Positions 47,051-60,800 of a stretch of 64,000 nt of DNA are shown piece after piece. Position numbers and translations under genes: made by a program. The DNA comes from Raillietiella orientalis (Eukaryota): positions 124,001-188,000 of the forward strand of contig JAYWIR010000060.1 in NCBI GenBank assembly GCA_036172245.1. The letters run 5' to 3'. The notes under the pieces are model-generated. The model had not been told where the DNA came from. It worked only from the letters and a program-made list of their open reading frames with translations, and did not search any database. How positions within the stretch are numbered: position 1 is the first letter of the stretch; each line of letters starts with the position of its first letter.

Positions 47051-47296
47051 TGGAAGATCTCTTGCAGGACTAGACTCAGTGATCCCGGATAGTCTTCTTA
47101 CCCCTCGGCGCAGCACTGTCTGCCCCCAGGGAAAGGAATGACAGCATCCAACCGAAGGAGCGAGAGTTCTCCTGCAAAATGGCAGGAATCGAGAAACTCC
47201 TGGACAGCTGCAAGACGAGCAAGTTGATGGACGACGACGCTCCGCATTGCCTGGCGAAGGGACTGCTTCGGTGGAGTGAACTGCTTGGTTTATCAC

Positions 47297-50200
47297 GCCG
47301 AGATGTTTATTATAAAAAATAAAAAACATACATGTGTAGGGCAGTCGACCCTACATTGTCCGAAAATGCTCGGAACCTGCCGAGTAACCGGCATGCAGGC
47401 CGGCGAGTTCGCCTAGACAGCGGAGGGGGGGAGGAGCAAACAAAAATAAAAATAAAATGAAAATCAGTCATAGAAAAGGAAAACTCTGGGAGTCACGGGA
47501 AGGGATCTCTGTCTGCCGGAGGGTGCCCTCTGAATCCATTCCAGAATGTTGGCAAGAGTATGTCTCCTATCACGCCGTCCTCATCTCACGTAGCTCCAGG
47601 CTGCCACAATCCCGCGTATGCAGCAAAGAGCTGGTGGGGACGCGGCAGGCGAAAGGATATCGCGAAGAAGCGCTTCGTCATGTCCTTGGGATTGTCCGTC
47701 GGTGAGCCAAGGGCCATTGCATAATGCAGCCACGGGAACCGGAGAACAACACAGTTTGCGAGCAGGTAAGGGAGCTGGGATTTCCGTTCTCCGCACCTGC
47801 AGTAGTTAAAACCCCCGGATCCAGTGAGACCGGCGGGCGTTGCACAGGAGACCCCAGTGCAACAGCAGGGGTGCCGACTCCTACCACTTTAGGGGGAGGG
47901 CTTTGTTGTTCTTCAGCGCTGGGGACCATTCAAGGTCTTCCTGTAAGATTTCCAGCAGCTCATTCCACTGCAATGAACTGCTTGGTGTACCCCCTTCGTG
48001 ATCCCTTCCCTTTGCCTGAACACCTTGGTGTTCCTGCTCCAGTATAAACGGGATGTCTTGCAGTTTCCTCACTGGCGAGATTCCAGCGCAGCCAGCACAG
48101 TAACCTGGTTTCCGCGGGAGTTGCCTCCCCGAATTGTCTTAGGTGAGAGGCGATGGAATCGCTCCCGCACCTTCTGTTGGACTGCAGTATCCTGGAGGAC
48201 CTGTGACGGAGACTCACTTTGGCGCTTCGTGGACCGCAGGATCCCTCCGCGTTGGACCTGCTGCGGAGCTTGTTGGACCTGTTCACTGGAGTTGGGTGAA
48301 GAAGAGCGCTGTGATCGCAACCATCTGCTACATCCGCGCCACGGTGACAGCTCGCCGTTTACTGGAGTCGCGTTCGCAGCGAACGTAGGCCACCAGCATG
48401 GCAGCAGCCCTCATGAGGACAGCCGCAAGGTGGCTTCATCTGCCAGAAGAAACCACCAGCAGATCACCACCATCCAGAACCGCTTCTAGGAAGGAAGCAA
48501 CATGCGCGACCAACGACCTCTATCCCTGCCCTGCCGTCTTTCCTTATTTATTCATTGTCCCCTCTTTCCGTTACCTATTTTTTGGAAGCCAACCTGAGTG
48601 CCGGGGGTTATCCCGAATGAACTTCTTTTTTTTCCTTTAACATTTCTTGTTTCTAAGATGATACCATTCCCCTCTGACTTGCTGTTTATTTTTTTAAATA
48701 AATGTCCCGGCACCACCAGGTACGCACCCCAGTCCATGGGCACGGTGGCAGCCACATGGCGAAGACGGTGCAGGGAAGGCGGACCGTCGTCACCCGGGCC
48801 TTCTGCCACGAAGAAGGGATCAGGATAGAATTCTGGACGTGGGATGCCACATCAAGAACGCCCCAGAGGTGCTCAAGACAACCCCAAGATCATCTGGCAA
48901 CTCGATTTACGAGATGGGGGTCGATTCGACAAGCGTAGAGGGTTGTCCCCAACGCGACTTGACCAGCAAGCCATCCTGGATTGTTGGTGGCGGTAAGTGG
49001 AAGCGAACGCTCGCCCAACTGCCTGTCCGAAGCAGGGTGTCGGCACTGAGGTCATGTCCCGGAAGCGCCACGTTGAACTCTACCAGCTGGGCACGCTCGC
49101 ATCCACCTGATGACAATCCAGTGGGCCTTCGACAACAGCTGTCGCGACTGAAGGGCAGTCGAGGACCAAAGCGGTTCCTCCAAAGTAATCAGGTGGACCA
49201 GACTTTCCATCCTCTTCTCCTTCTGTCCGGAAAACAAAGGCGATCAAGTTCAGAACGAAAAAACTCCACTTGTTGGGTTGCGATGTTTCTCCCCCCTCGA
49301 ATGACCCAGATTTCTGAGCATCAGCCAGCCATACTCACAGCCGGCCCTCCCATCCCCCCAAATTTGCAAGCGCAGACACGCCCTCCACGTGACTGCGGCA
49401 TCATCCCACATCCCACTTTCCACAGCCCACCTACGGCTTCCAGAACCATGAAGCACAGTCTACACTCAAAATAGCACGCTGTGCCAGAGCGTGACGGCAT
49501 GCACCTCTGTCAATTACCCGAGGTTTGCAGCTCATCTTGGCTCCAGAGGCCACAGCCCAGACAGCGTTCATATCCGAACCAACGCCTCTCACTCATACTG
49601 GCGGCTGCATTCCATCCGTGAGCTCCTTCACTTGCCCTACGTCATAGCTCACGGCATAACGTTTAACAGCAGAGCGTTTCTTATTTCATTTCGAAACAGG
49701 AAGAAGAGAAGTCAAAGCTCTCCTTTGCTTGAATTCAGAGCAAAAAGTTTGAGAGACTCCTACAGCGCGGAATACGTTCCGCATTGTAGAAATTCGCGCT
49801 GTACGGATCCTGTGGGTTCCGCGCTGATGACATGGCAACGTGCATAGGAACTGAGATGCGCCGCAAGCGCCACGGCAGTAGAACATTCACCAGGAAGCCA
49901 AAGCTGCGGAAGGATTCGGAGGTTCGTCGCCACCTCGCCAACTTCAGAGCAGCTCTGTCGTTTGGGCTCCACCACCCTCGCTGCACAACAAACTGCATGA
50001 GCCACGTGCTTGCGCGCTTTCCGAGAAAGAAGAAAAAAGGCAGCTCGACCAACGCACTCGTCCAGATGAAACGAAATTCGACCACAGCGTCGTGCAGGAC
50101 GTCGTGCACCGCTCTATACGGGCCTCTGCTGCATTCGGCTGTATCGGTGAACTTGCCGGCGGCACCAGGGCTGGCGTGGAAAAGGACAGGAGGCCTCCAT

Positions 50201-51170
50201 GTTGCTGGGGGTTCGTGGGAATCTCCCACCAGGGACGGGGGCGGCGTCTCCCGCGCAGGCGCACCCGAAAAACAGGACGAAAGAGCTGGAAGCCGGACCC
50301 AGGAGAGGGCATGCGAACTTCGTTGCCGTCCCCTCTCCTCTCAAGATTCCCTTCGGCACGAGCCTGAAAGAAACGCACGTCCGCGGCACTCCATTCGCCG
50401 CTCGCTGAAGGTGGTCGTGAAGTGCCTGAGAAAGGCCCTGCGGGCCCAGAAAATCCCTCGTGCCGCAACGTCGATCATCCTTGCGGGATAGCCAGGACAG
50501 CCGCCAGCCCGCGAAGTGGGAAGGGAATTGAGAGATCGCAGGAAAAGGGAAGCAGCTGGGATGTTGGGCGGCGCGTCAACTGGATGAAGCTTCCACCTCC
50601 TCCTACTGCCACCGACCGCCCGAAAGGACTTCTCCTTGGAACCTCGTTGGCGGAAGTCGAGATCCCTGCGGTGTTCTTCGACAGCCTCCCTTGAAGTGTC
50701 AGGAACGGGGACCAGGAGGAAGTGTGGTCCTGGGTACTGCACCAGGGGTGGCAGCCTGGGTCATATGACCCAAGGGTGACGGAATACGTGGGTTCCCTCG
50801 ACGGAGGGATGGACCCTGGGCATTCGATCCACTGGCGTCCACCTGTGACTGCTTTTTCCCTGACCTCTGCCTCCGCTGTGGCAGCAGTCCTTCCCCGTCT
50901 CTCAGGAAGTTCGATCCTTCTTCGTCTCTATGACCACCCGTCCGTCAGGCGCGGCCCTTCTAGGAACCTCCGGCAACCAACTGGGAGGGCGGAGCCGGCC
51001 CCGGTCTTCTCCGGCTTTCGGGTTCTCCTTTTCCTGCTGCAACCAAAGATCGCGGCCGGAGTGCCCCCCAGTCGGCACCTACGAAGGCTGAGCGAAAGAG
51101 TTTCCCACCACTGAGCAACGGAGGGCGCCTCCGGAGTCATCTCAAGGTCAGAGTTGCTCACATTACCACA
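47297..51170 (-). mobile_element. Decayed, internally deleted L1/Tx1-like LINE of the same family as 36290-37505
   Basis: Nucleotide similarity to 36.6-37.5 kb (tgttgcactgggg, tgcggagaa, gctctttgctgcatacgcgggattgtggcagcctgg, and 3' end tataataaacatctcggc vs tataataaatgcctcggc). A degenerate ORF1 knuckle CHPWCSTQDH lies near 50720-50755. No recognisable RT core. Confidence 0.65.
49640..50110 (+). mobile_element. Mariner-derived insertion nested in the LINE
   Basis: LWVPR (49810-49824) and a later EV..H......SF..HH segment resemble the mariner WVPR and WEVLxHPPYSPDLAPSDYH motifs. Confidence 0.3.
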
Positions 51171-54100
51171 AAACGAGCGCCCGCCGAGTTGGTCCCTGGA
51201 AGGAAAGCTGCTCCCTGGGGTGATTTTGGGCCCTGGGATTCAACTTTGAACCCCTTAGGCCACGCACCCTCGGGGAGCAAATCGTAAATCCTTAAGCGGA
51301 TGTTGAAGGCGGGACGCAACCCAGCAGTGGGGGTCTAGAGCGATGAAGAAGAGAGGCGAGAGGCAGCGGAAGATACAGGGGTGACCGGAGGCGCGGAGAC
51401 ACGAAAATCAGCTTCCGGAAAGACCAACTGGGAACCCGCGCGGGCCGGCTCCATGACCGAGAAACTGGGTCCACTCCCGCCAGCACCTCCCAGCACCTTG
51501 GCAGGACTGCTGGGACACCCAGGACGACGCCCGACGCTCCTCTCCCGAGACCCAGGGCCAGGCATCCCAGAGTCGGGCCCTGGGACGGGTCGCTTAACAC
51601 CCTGCAGCCCACATCGCCGGAGGGCTTCCCTGTTGCACCTCCGCCATCCCCCCGCGTGGTTCCCAGGTGGCAACATCCCTCGCGTTCCACCCCTGTGCAT
51701 CTGCTCGGCTTCGGTCCTGGAGGGCGGTGTCCTCAGGGGTGTCCGCTGCGTAGCTGAAGCCGAGCTAGCGGGCCTCGCCGGGACTCTTAGTGAGGCTTCC
51801 CAGGGCGGGCCAACCCTGGCGAGGATTCCACCACCCGGTCATCTGAACCTCAGGCGCCTCACGTGGCCCCTCCCCTTGATCCGGCGAACTCCAGCGGGAG
51901 GCGACCGCTGCAGCACTCGCGTTGCCTGGGAACGGAGCGCCCGCGAGTGTGCCGGCGGGGGAGTTCCTGACGGCACTGACCAGGAGCGTCCCCTCCTGCT
52001 GCAGACCGGACCAACCACCTCCTGCCTTCCCGCAGTCCGGGTGGCGCCTCTGGGCTTGCCCCGTTCCCCTTCGATCGGGTTGACCCTGTTGGCTCGCAAA
52101 ACCACGAACAAGGACTTCGCGTGAAGCCCCCCGGAAGACCCTGGTTCGAGCGAGCTACCAGGGCGCCGGCATCTGGGCCAGCAGTGCCCTTCGGAGCGAG
52201 GGAAGAGCACCGCTGCGTCCATGTTCGAGCCTGGGGATCCCTGGGGGTCGCCGGGTGCTCAGGATCTGACCCTCTCCGGCGACCTCCTTCCGCTTGGGAG
52301 CACCGGCAACCTCCAGGGTGAAAGAGCGGCGTGGCCGCCGACGCCCTCGGGCGGGTAAATGGGCGGCGGGATGGCCCGAACGCGGAAAGTGAGGTGAAAG
52401 GGAGTCTCAGGGAGGTCGCAGGTGCGTAGTAGTTCGCCGGAGGCGAATAAGGGAATCCCGTCCATCGCCCTGAGTTCGCTCCACCCCACCCTGTTTATTG
52501 CATCCATTCTCTAATTCTCTAATGAGGCCTCAATTTTGTCCCTGGAGATTTTTTGTCGCCGTCCTTTCTGGCGATGAATGTCTGACTTTTCCCTTCTCAA
52601 AGGACGAGGACAGAACTAGAGTAAAGTACGAGAACAGAATGGGGTAGGGGACGAGGATCGTCCGTTTTTTTTTGAAGTAAGGGTTCGGTACACCGACTGT
52701 TTGTTTAGGGGACGAGAAGGCTTCAGCCCCCGCCGCAGGAGCGCCTCAAGAACGGGCGGCGCTCCTCCGGCGCTCGACAGCCTGGACGCAATCTGGGAGG
52801 GAAGGAGATTTTATCCCAAACGCTGGAGCGTGCAGAGACCTCCTGAACCCGCGGCACCCTCATACCAAGTGCCACTCACAACCGGTTGACCCTGAGGTGG
52901 GGGTCGAAAGCAGGGGCGGAGACTGCACTAAGCTCGACGCGCCTCTGAGGAAGGGGGCGTCGAGCTCAAGAGGGTGAAGCGCCTTTCAGAAGATGCCATC
53001 AGGTGATGCGGGCTATGAGGAGCGCGCGTAACGGGAAACCGCATGAGCTGGGAACATTCAGTGGTCCCGCGGTTCGCGCCATGCCGTTTGCTGGTTCCAC
53101 CCTGAGGCAGAAGACGACCTCCTGCGCGCCCTGCAGAGACGGCCTTGCCAGCGGCGGAACCCTTGGAGCAAGCAGGAGCAAAGACGGTCAGAGATCTCTG
53201 TGTTAGCCGCTGGGCGTTCTCGAACTCTTTTCTTTTTCTTTGTTGCTTATGGACTGTGTATGCCAGTTGTCCGTGGTCTCTGGAGATGCCTTCGAAACAA
53301 AAGCAGAAGAGATCACGTCGCGACCGAAACAGTGCTGCTCTTTCCGCAGAACAGAAGTCTACAGATGTATCCAGGAAGACGCTTCCGGTTTCCATCTTTC
53401 CGTTACAGTCCGATGTTTGGTCCAGCGGCTGCAAGTGGAGACTCGACAGCGGATCACGTTTCCCTCGGGGATGGCTGCTGAAAGCATCCTCTTCTCTGAG
53501 GCTCAAGAGAAAGACGTCATGAAGAGGTGCGCAGGGCTTCTGGATGGCCACTCCGTTTGCAGCAGGCTGAGGTAGGAGAAGACGAGAGGGAAAGATGGTG
53601 ACGGATGCGTCTTTTCCCCCACCAGGAACCCCCGACGGTCCAGGCCTGCGAAGGTGGCCTCCGACCGGTTCCAGGAACTTTCTACTCGTGTTTCTGGAAT
53701 GTGCGACGGGTCTTTGAGTCAGCCTCCATTCCCTCCTCCTCCAAGGAGGAGGCACAACGAGACCGGACGGAAGGCAAGTCTTCCGCCCTCCTTCGGTATC
53801 CATTTTCCCGGTGGTCTCGGACCAAAGACGGAACTGGGGCCCGAGAAAACTTTGGTAATACCATGTCTCGACTATCCTTTGCTGCCACCCTTGCATTCGA
53901 AGGATGAAGAGAAGTCGGAAGAGCGCAGCTGTAGACGTGGTCAGCAACGAAGACCGCCCTTCTGCTCAAGCTCCATCGTCTTTGCAGATCATTCCGCTCT
54001 TGTCTGGCTCCTTTCTTCCCCTGAATAGACATGAAAATTTCAAATAAATAAATAAATAAACGACCGTTTTTCCTCTCCAGAGGTGATCCTATGTGCGGAC

Positions 54101-54529
54101 CAAAGAGCTGCACGTTCCCCACTGCCTCCTCCCGTGTTTCGGGAGACCGAAAGTTCTGCCATCTCGCCCCGGAGAGACACCATCAGCATTCAAGGCTATT
54201 AGTAAGCGGGAAAAAGTCGGAGAGTCAGGCACCCCGAGAAGGAGAAGACTTCTTAGGGGTCGGAGGAGGGCAGCAGCATCTGCATAAAGCCGTCCGCCGC
54301 CGTCCGAGGTGAACCCCTCCCCTCTCGAAGGCGTCACGAAAGCGTGCATCCGCAAGGGAAGGCGCGAGGAGCGCAGCATCGCAAAGATTTAGGAGAGCAG
54401 GAGGTGCAAACCACCCAAAGATGAAATAGCCTTCCTTGGTTAAACTTGCATTCTCCAACAGAGTTCACCCCTCATTGATTTCGAGATTCCAGGAGCTCAG
54501 GGTAACCGAACGGATGGGTGATCTTGAAC

Positions 54530-55390
54530 GATCATAAAAATAAATGCATATGCTCATTATATATATTAATGTATATATGTATGTGCATTAATATACAAAT
54601 TTATTTTAACATGCATATTTATTAATATTATTTACGTAATGTTGATACAGTTAAAGATATGGATTAATATATCATTCATGTATGTATTAGAGAGTATCAA
54701 AAACAAACTCGTCTGTTTTATATATTCATATATATAGTAAATGTATATTAAATGAATATATAAATATCGAATAAAAAAAATTATGGTGACAATTAAAAAT
54801 TGTGGGAATAAAAAAGCAAACAAATTAGAAACAAACGAAAAAGAAACTTGGTATTTCCTTTTCTTGGTCTTGCCAACCCGCAGCAAATGGCGCTTCCTCA
54901 ACAATTGACTCATTCGCATCCTCCGATAAATACGCATGCGTACAATTCGACACTCACGTATTCATTCCATATGTGTTTATTACATATATAAATATATATT
55001 AATGTAATAGACATATATGTTTGTAATCTTCAATATATATGTATTATTAATCACATTAATTAATAGGTAAATACGTAAGCATTGCATATTATTCCATATG
55101 TAATTGTATATACCGAAATACATAGAAAACGTGTGGATTAATTGATTATAATCTTTATAACTGATACATTAATATGCATACGAATATATATATATATTAA
55201 TATGTAAATATATGTTAATAAATATATAGAAGTTGAAATAAGATTGCTATTAATGCTATGTATATCCAGGAATGTTTATAAATATGCATGTCGAAACATT
55301 GTGTGTGCATATTAATCTGCATATAAATAAATACAAATATTAATATGTATGACAAACATATGCATTTGTTTTTAGCGATCTTTAGGTATT
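54530..55390. repeat. AT-rich low-complexity island
   Basis: Sharp AT-rich block with tatatg/atatatt motifs. Confidence 0.75.
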
Positions 55391-57269
55391 TTGATCGTCC
55401 GGGATTTCGAGTGGCTCCGGAAAGGATTTGTACGATGGTGCCTTCCTTTTTTCCCACGTGTATGCCCAGGCAGGGGTACCAAATCAGCGTGGAATTACAA
55501 GGCGGCCGCAGTGCAAGTACGGACTTGTACGTGCAGGTTTCATGTGTCCTTCCGAATTTCCTTCCGCATTGGGAACAAACTGATGATTTGCCGGGAGGAT
55601 GGGAAATCCGAGCAGGGTGCTCGGGAATTCCCCGTCTCGGGGGAACGCGTTCACCAGTGGTGCCAGTCATCCGGTCCCTTCCCGTGGTTCTTCGGATGCC
55701 TGCAGGGCAGACGCGCGTTTTTTTCGCAGAGGTTTCTTCCTCTTCGGTCTTGACGTTCGCCTACGAACCGCTGTCTCCCCTCTGCGAGGCAGGGCCGCGA
55801 GGGACGAAGTACTCTTTCTCGGCGGCTCTGCCCAGCTTCCTGTTCCAAGCTGGACCTCTCGCCCAGCGGCGTGGGCGGAGCGGAGGTGGTCGCAAGGGAG
55901 CGATGGCGTCTTCGGCTCGACCGCCGCGATCCACTTTGCCCGTGTCACCCGTCGGCAAGATAGCGAATCCGGGACCGATCGCGGTTCTTGTGAAAATCCA
56001 CTCCCGCTTCCTGACTAAGCCTTGCCGACCACCCTGCGCCAGCACACGAGGAAGCCAAATGCCTCATGGCCTCAAAGCCTCCTCCTGAGAAGCACCACGG
56101 GCAACTCTGGTGGGACCAGGAAGAGCTGCTCTTCCGCGGCGAGCTGCGGAAACGCGCCATGGATCTGCATCCCGGTCTCCTCACGTTTCCCAACCGGACG
56201 GCGATTTCTCATCTGCAATTCCTGCAGTTTCGCTTTCACTCCTTCCCGGCCGGACGGCGCAGCCTGCGTCCGGCGTTTCATTGGAATAAATTTTCAGCCA
56301 AATATCCACCGTCTCTCCTGCAGTAGAGAGGCATTTCGCCGGTTCTTCTTTCGACTCCTTCGCGTCCGACAAGGGTTGCGCAAGAGGTCCATCCGCCATT
56401 TGGATATCGCAGCGGCCTCTTCTTGCTTTCCTGATCGCCCCGCATCCCGGATCTTGAGAGCCGTGAAACACGCACGGAGAAGTCCAAAGGATTCCCTTTT
56501 TTTTTTTTCTCCCTAACGCCCTGCTTCTTTGAACTTCTCTGCCTTGCCACCTGACCCCACAGCATGCGTCCCCTCGGAATGACGTCACGACGGCTCCTCG
56601 GTTCCGCAACAGCTGATGTGTCGAAAATTTGTTTGTTTCTCCACTTTCGCTTTTTTTTCCTCTTTCTTCGATTAAGAATTTTGCGAGTTGTCTTCATTTC
56701 CTGCTAATAAAGCCAATTTTCCCATCCATCTCCCTCTCTATATCCATCTATCTCTTCACTGGTCCAAAGGCTCGCGTTGGAAGAAATGGTCACTCGCCCG
56801 TTTGCGAACACCCCGTCTTTCTACCTGTGGTCCTCACCCTTTCTCTGTAGTTCCCTGTAATGTGCAAGAAAAAGGCTGGTGGATGGTGGTGCTCTAGTGG
56901 TTCCATTCGGAGACCCGTCTTTTTGTCCCCAGTGACCTCATTACCATCTCGGAACTGCCACCTACAAATGGCTCATCCGTGAAACCGAGCAGATAAGGAG
57001 GATGCCGATGGAGTCCAATCCGGATGTTAATGGTCGATGGAGAAACACAGTTCGGCACTCGTGATGGCCCGCGCCAGCGAACTGGCGCGGCCCTTCCTGC
57101 AAGACGTTCGAAGAGTCCAGAGTTTGGAGAGTTTCGTCCGGCAGCTGAATACAAAGCACAGCAAGAATAACACAAGACGCAGAGCAGCCGGGGGACAAGA
57201 GAAGCCATGAGACTTTAAAGTGCTTTTTAAAGTAGTCTTAAAGTGCACCTGACCGTGCTGACCATCACC

Positions 57270-57865
57270 GCAAGAACCGCATTCGCCATCCGACAGCAGG
57301 ATTGTGCGGACAGCAGTTTGTGGGACCGAAAGGGCGTGCTTTCGGTGGACTTTATGGAGCCTGGAACGGCCACCACTTCGCAAGTCTACTGTGAAGCACT
57401 TTCAAAACTGCGGCGTGTCATTCAGAATCGACGACGCGGAATGCTGAGATCCTGAACTGTCCTCCATGACAACGCGCGCCTTGGCAACACATGCTGCCCG
57501 CACATTCCAGACAATTCAGAAATCCGAATGGGAACTTTTTGATCACCCAGTCATGACCTCGAGCCCAGTGACTACCACGTCTTCCCTCCTGCACCTCAAG
57601 AAGTGGCTCAGCGACTCGAGGGGGAAGGTGAGGAGTGGAAAACTGCAGTGCTGCTGAAGTGGCTGAACTCCCAGGCAGCGCGATTTCATGCAAACGGTTT
57701 CAAAAAGCTTCTTCCACGGTATCGAAAGGGTTTCGAAAGAAATGGTGATCTCGTAGAAAAATGACACAGGGATGCACGTGTTTAGAAACACGAATGCCTT
57801 TTTGTTTCTCTTGTTTGTTCTTTCTTTCTATCCGATCGGCCCTTACTTTGGGGATGCTCCTCGTA
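57270..57865 (+). mobile_element. Mariner (DD34D-type) transposase pseudogene, 3' half with right terminal inverted repeat
   Basis: WDRKGVLSVDFMEPG...YCEALSKLRRVIQNRRRGML, LHDNAR, WELFDHP, PSDYHVF, HLKKWL, KWLNSQAARF..NGFKKLLPRY...NGDLVEK* (stop 57762-57764). TIR-like CTTACTTTGGGGATGCTCCTCGTA ends in TA at 57865. Frameshifted. Confidence 0.9.
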
Positions 57866-60800
57866 CCTGTTCGGTACCACGAAGAATGCAACCCGCGAAC
57901 GCCTCGTTGGGAGCGCTGAGGAGAGGGGAGAGATGTAGGTAGGATTCCAGAAAGCTGGAGCCAATAATCCTTGCTTCCAGGTGGTCCGGAGTCATGCAGG
58001 CAAGCGGAAACCACATAGAAGAAAAAAGCGGGGTTCCTCAGTGGGGTGCGTGGCAACCCCTGCACACAGAATTTTAGTTCTGTGCAGAGAGATCCCTGCA
58101 AAACTCGTCAAGTAGCCCTCCCACATTGGAGGATCGAAATTCCAGGTAGGGGTTGGAACACTCTGAGAACGCAGGCGCAAAAGCCTTAGTCTCCTTCGAC
58201 TCGCATCTTCTCCAGCTTTTTTTTTTTTTTTTTTTTTAAATATAGAAAGCAGCGAATTCCTTTGTGTAGAAGATAATGGTCGTCACGTCTTCTCGTTAAT
58301 GGGCGTCAATCTGCATATGGAAGGTTTCTATTTTTTCTTGCACCTTCGTTGGACTTTCCCTTTGGCGATTATTAGCCGTTCACGTCGAGAGCCATGAATC
58401 AGTTTCCAGCAGGCGATGGACTGCGGCTCATGACGCCAACGTCGTCCGCAGCGAGCGTGTGACTTTCGGTGCAAGTCGAGGAGGGATTTGGCGGGCGTCC
58501 CGCGCCGCTCCCTGCCGCTGGTCTACTTTATCCTGGCGTCCTTCCCGCATGAACCAAGAACCGCGCTCCGCTGCTTGTGCAGCACCGCGCTCTCCTCCGT
58601 GATGGGCGCGCTCTCTCCTGTCTCAGGTCGCAAGCGATCTCTCATCGCCCTCCATCTCTGGTACTTCCGTCCGAAAGCGCGCCCGTGAGGGCGCGCGCTC
58701 CTGGTCCCTCTTGAAAAAAGGAAAGGCAGCTCTCCGCGCCCATCTGCCCATCGCGGCCAGTAGGTGGTCGGCGCTGCTCCGCCGCGTGAGACTCCACCAT
58801 CCAGGGCAAGCGGGACGGGAAGCCGAAAGCATGCAAAGGAAGATAGCGAGATGTTTCCCAGATGAATCCAGGGAGCGGCTCCCACGCTTCGAGCGCTTCC
58901 CAGCAGAAATTCGTTTCCCTGGCGACGCGAGCTACCAGATGCCGATCATCCGCTTTGCGCAAGGAGGAAAAGGTCGTCTCGAGCGGCTGCCTCCCAGAAT
59001 GGGTCTCTCGGAGCGCCATCGAGACTTGGTGGACTCCGCTCAGGAAATATCGCCGTCTACGCCTCCCGGTTCCCTGTTTTCCGGTTTATTTATCCATTTT
59101 ATTTTTCAGGGGAGATCGGCTGATGCACCGCACTGCGAGTTACGCCCGAGATGAGAATCCTTCCAGAGATTCTGGTCCTTCCAGCAGCGCCATCTTCGTG
59201 CAGGTCCTCAGTTGCTTCCTCCCTTGCGGTCCATCCTTCATCCACAGAGATGAATACATTCGTGTGGGTGTGCTGTTTCGTCTGGATGCTTTCTTGCAGC
59301 TTCACCGTCTCGTGTAGGTGTCCTCAGTTCTTTCAAGACCTTGAAAGACGTGGGTCATTTTGCGAGATCTGGAACAAAAGATGCGTCTTCCTTCAAAGGA
59401 AGCGAACGGTTCTTCAGCACTCCTCGAGAACCAAAAACAAGAAAACTCGGGAAAAAAAGAAAAGAAAAGCTGGGAGGAAAGCAGCGAGAACAGGGAAGAA
59501 CCCAAAAGGATTCCATCCTGCCCTGAACGGAAGGAACTGAAGAGAACCAACACCTCTGCTGGCTTTCGCTTCTCGTTTCGGACCATCTTCCATCTCGCCT
59601 GTGCTCGAAGACGCGTGGGTGCGGCCCATTCTTCGCACCTGCCTCGAACAGCGTTGCCCGCGCGTTGCAGATGTGTGCGGGTCAGAGAGCGTCCGAATCA
59701 GAGAGCTCTGAGGAGCGCAAGAACGCAGGAAGGGGGCAGCGGCTGGTCACTCGCAGTTTTGCTGGCGGGCGCGAATTCTTTCGGGGGGTCAGCATGGTTG
59801 CGCAGGTATCTGCTGGCGTCTGCAGACGCCACTCCAAACGGTTCCGCCATGGAAGAAACTCGGGAGCGTCGCCAGGGGAGCGCAATCAGACGGGCATCCG
59901 TTGACCCACTGATCACCTGCCGCGCGCCCTCCAGTAGGGCAAGGCAGCCTGCAGGAACCGACGACGGAATGGAAAACGGGAACATTCGAGAAGCCCGAGA
60001 TGCGTGGAGACATTTTGGAATCCCAGTCGGATAAGCAGAGAGATGCCGTTTCATCAGTTCTTCGTGCGAGACGCTTGCTGCTGCTGGGAAGAAGGGTTTC
60101 CCCGGGCGGGTTGAGCCCCAGAAGGAAGATAGTGGGAAAAGAGACTAGGAACGTTAAGGAGAAAGGAGATGCTTCAAGAGAGGAGCCGGAATTCTTATCC
60201 AGCAGCAGTGGACATCCCTTTCGTGGCAATGGGCAGAGGATTCGTGTGGTTCTCAGGTAGCAGGAATATTGGTGCTCACGAAGAGCGACGGCGGCTTGCC
60301 GCCTTCGGCCTTTTCCAACGAACCAATCAGAAGGCGCAGGCCTCTTTCGTCATCGCAGCAACTACCCCTCCGGCACGTTCTCCGAGGTGTTGCTGGTGGT
60401 GGTGTTGGTAGGGAAGCTATCCTTGCTCCAGCCGCTTGCTGTGCCACGAATTCAGGAGTGCCTCTCCCCTCCCCTTGAGCGAGGGGTGCACCGAGAGCCC
60501 AGTCGTGCTTAGCTATGCGCGGGAACGTCCTGCGGACCGACGCGCCAGCGGGCGAGAGCGATGGGGGGGGGGGGAGGGGGACTTGCAGCCCGTAGCTGAC
60601 GCGACGCGCCCAGGACATCCACCGCGGCCACGGTGGACTTCAGCCGGACCACCCGTGATAGTCGAAAGAGAAGAAGCAGACAGCCGTGACGGAATGCGAT
60701 CCCAGTCGCCTGGTGCACACCAGGTGCACCAGAGCCGGGAAGGTTCCCCCCCGCACGGGAACTCGCGGGTTTTACCCACTCGGCTTTGTCCCTCCTTGGG

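Noticed and set aside
51290..52220. Possible additional gag-like ORF1 relic
   Set aside because: Only a vague knuckle-like pattern is present; too degenerate to support.
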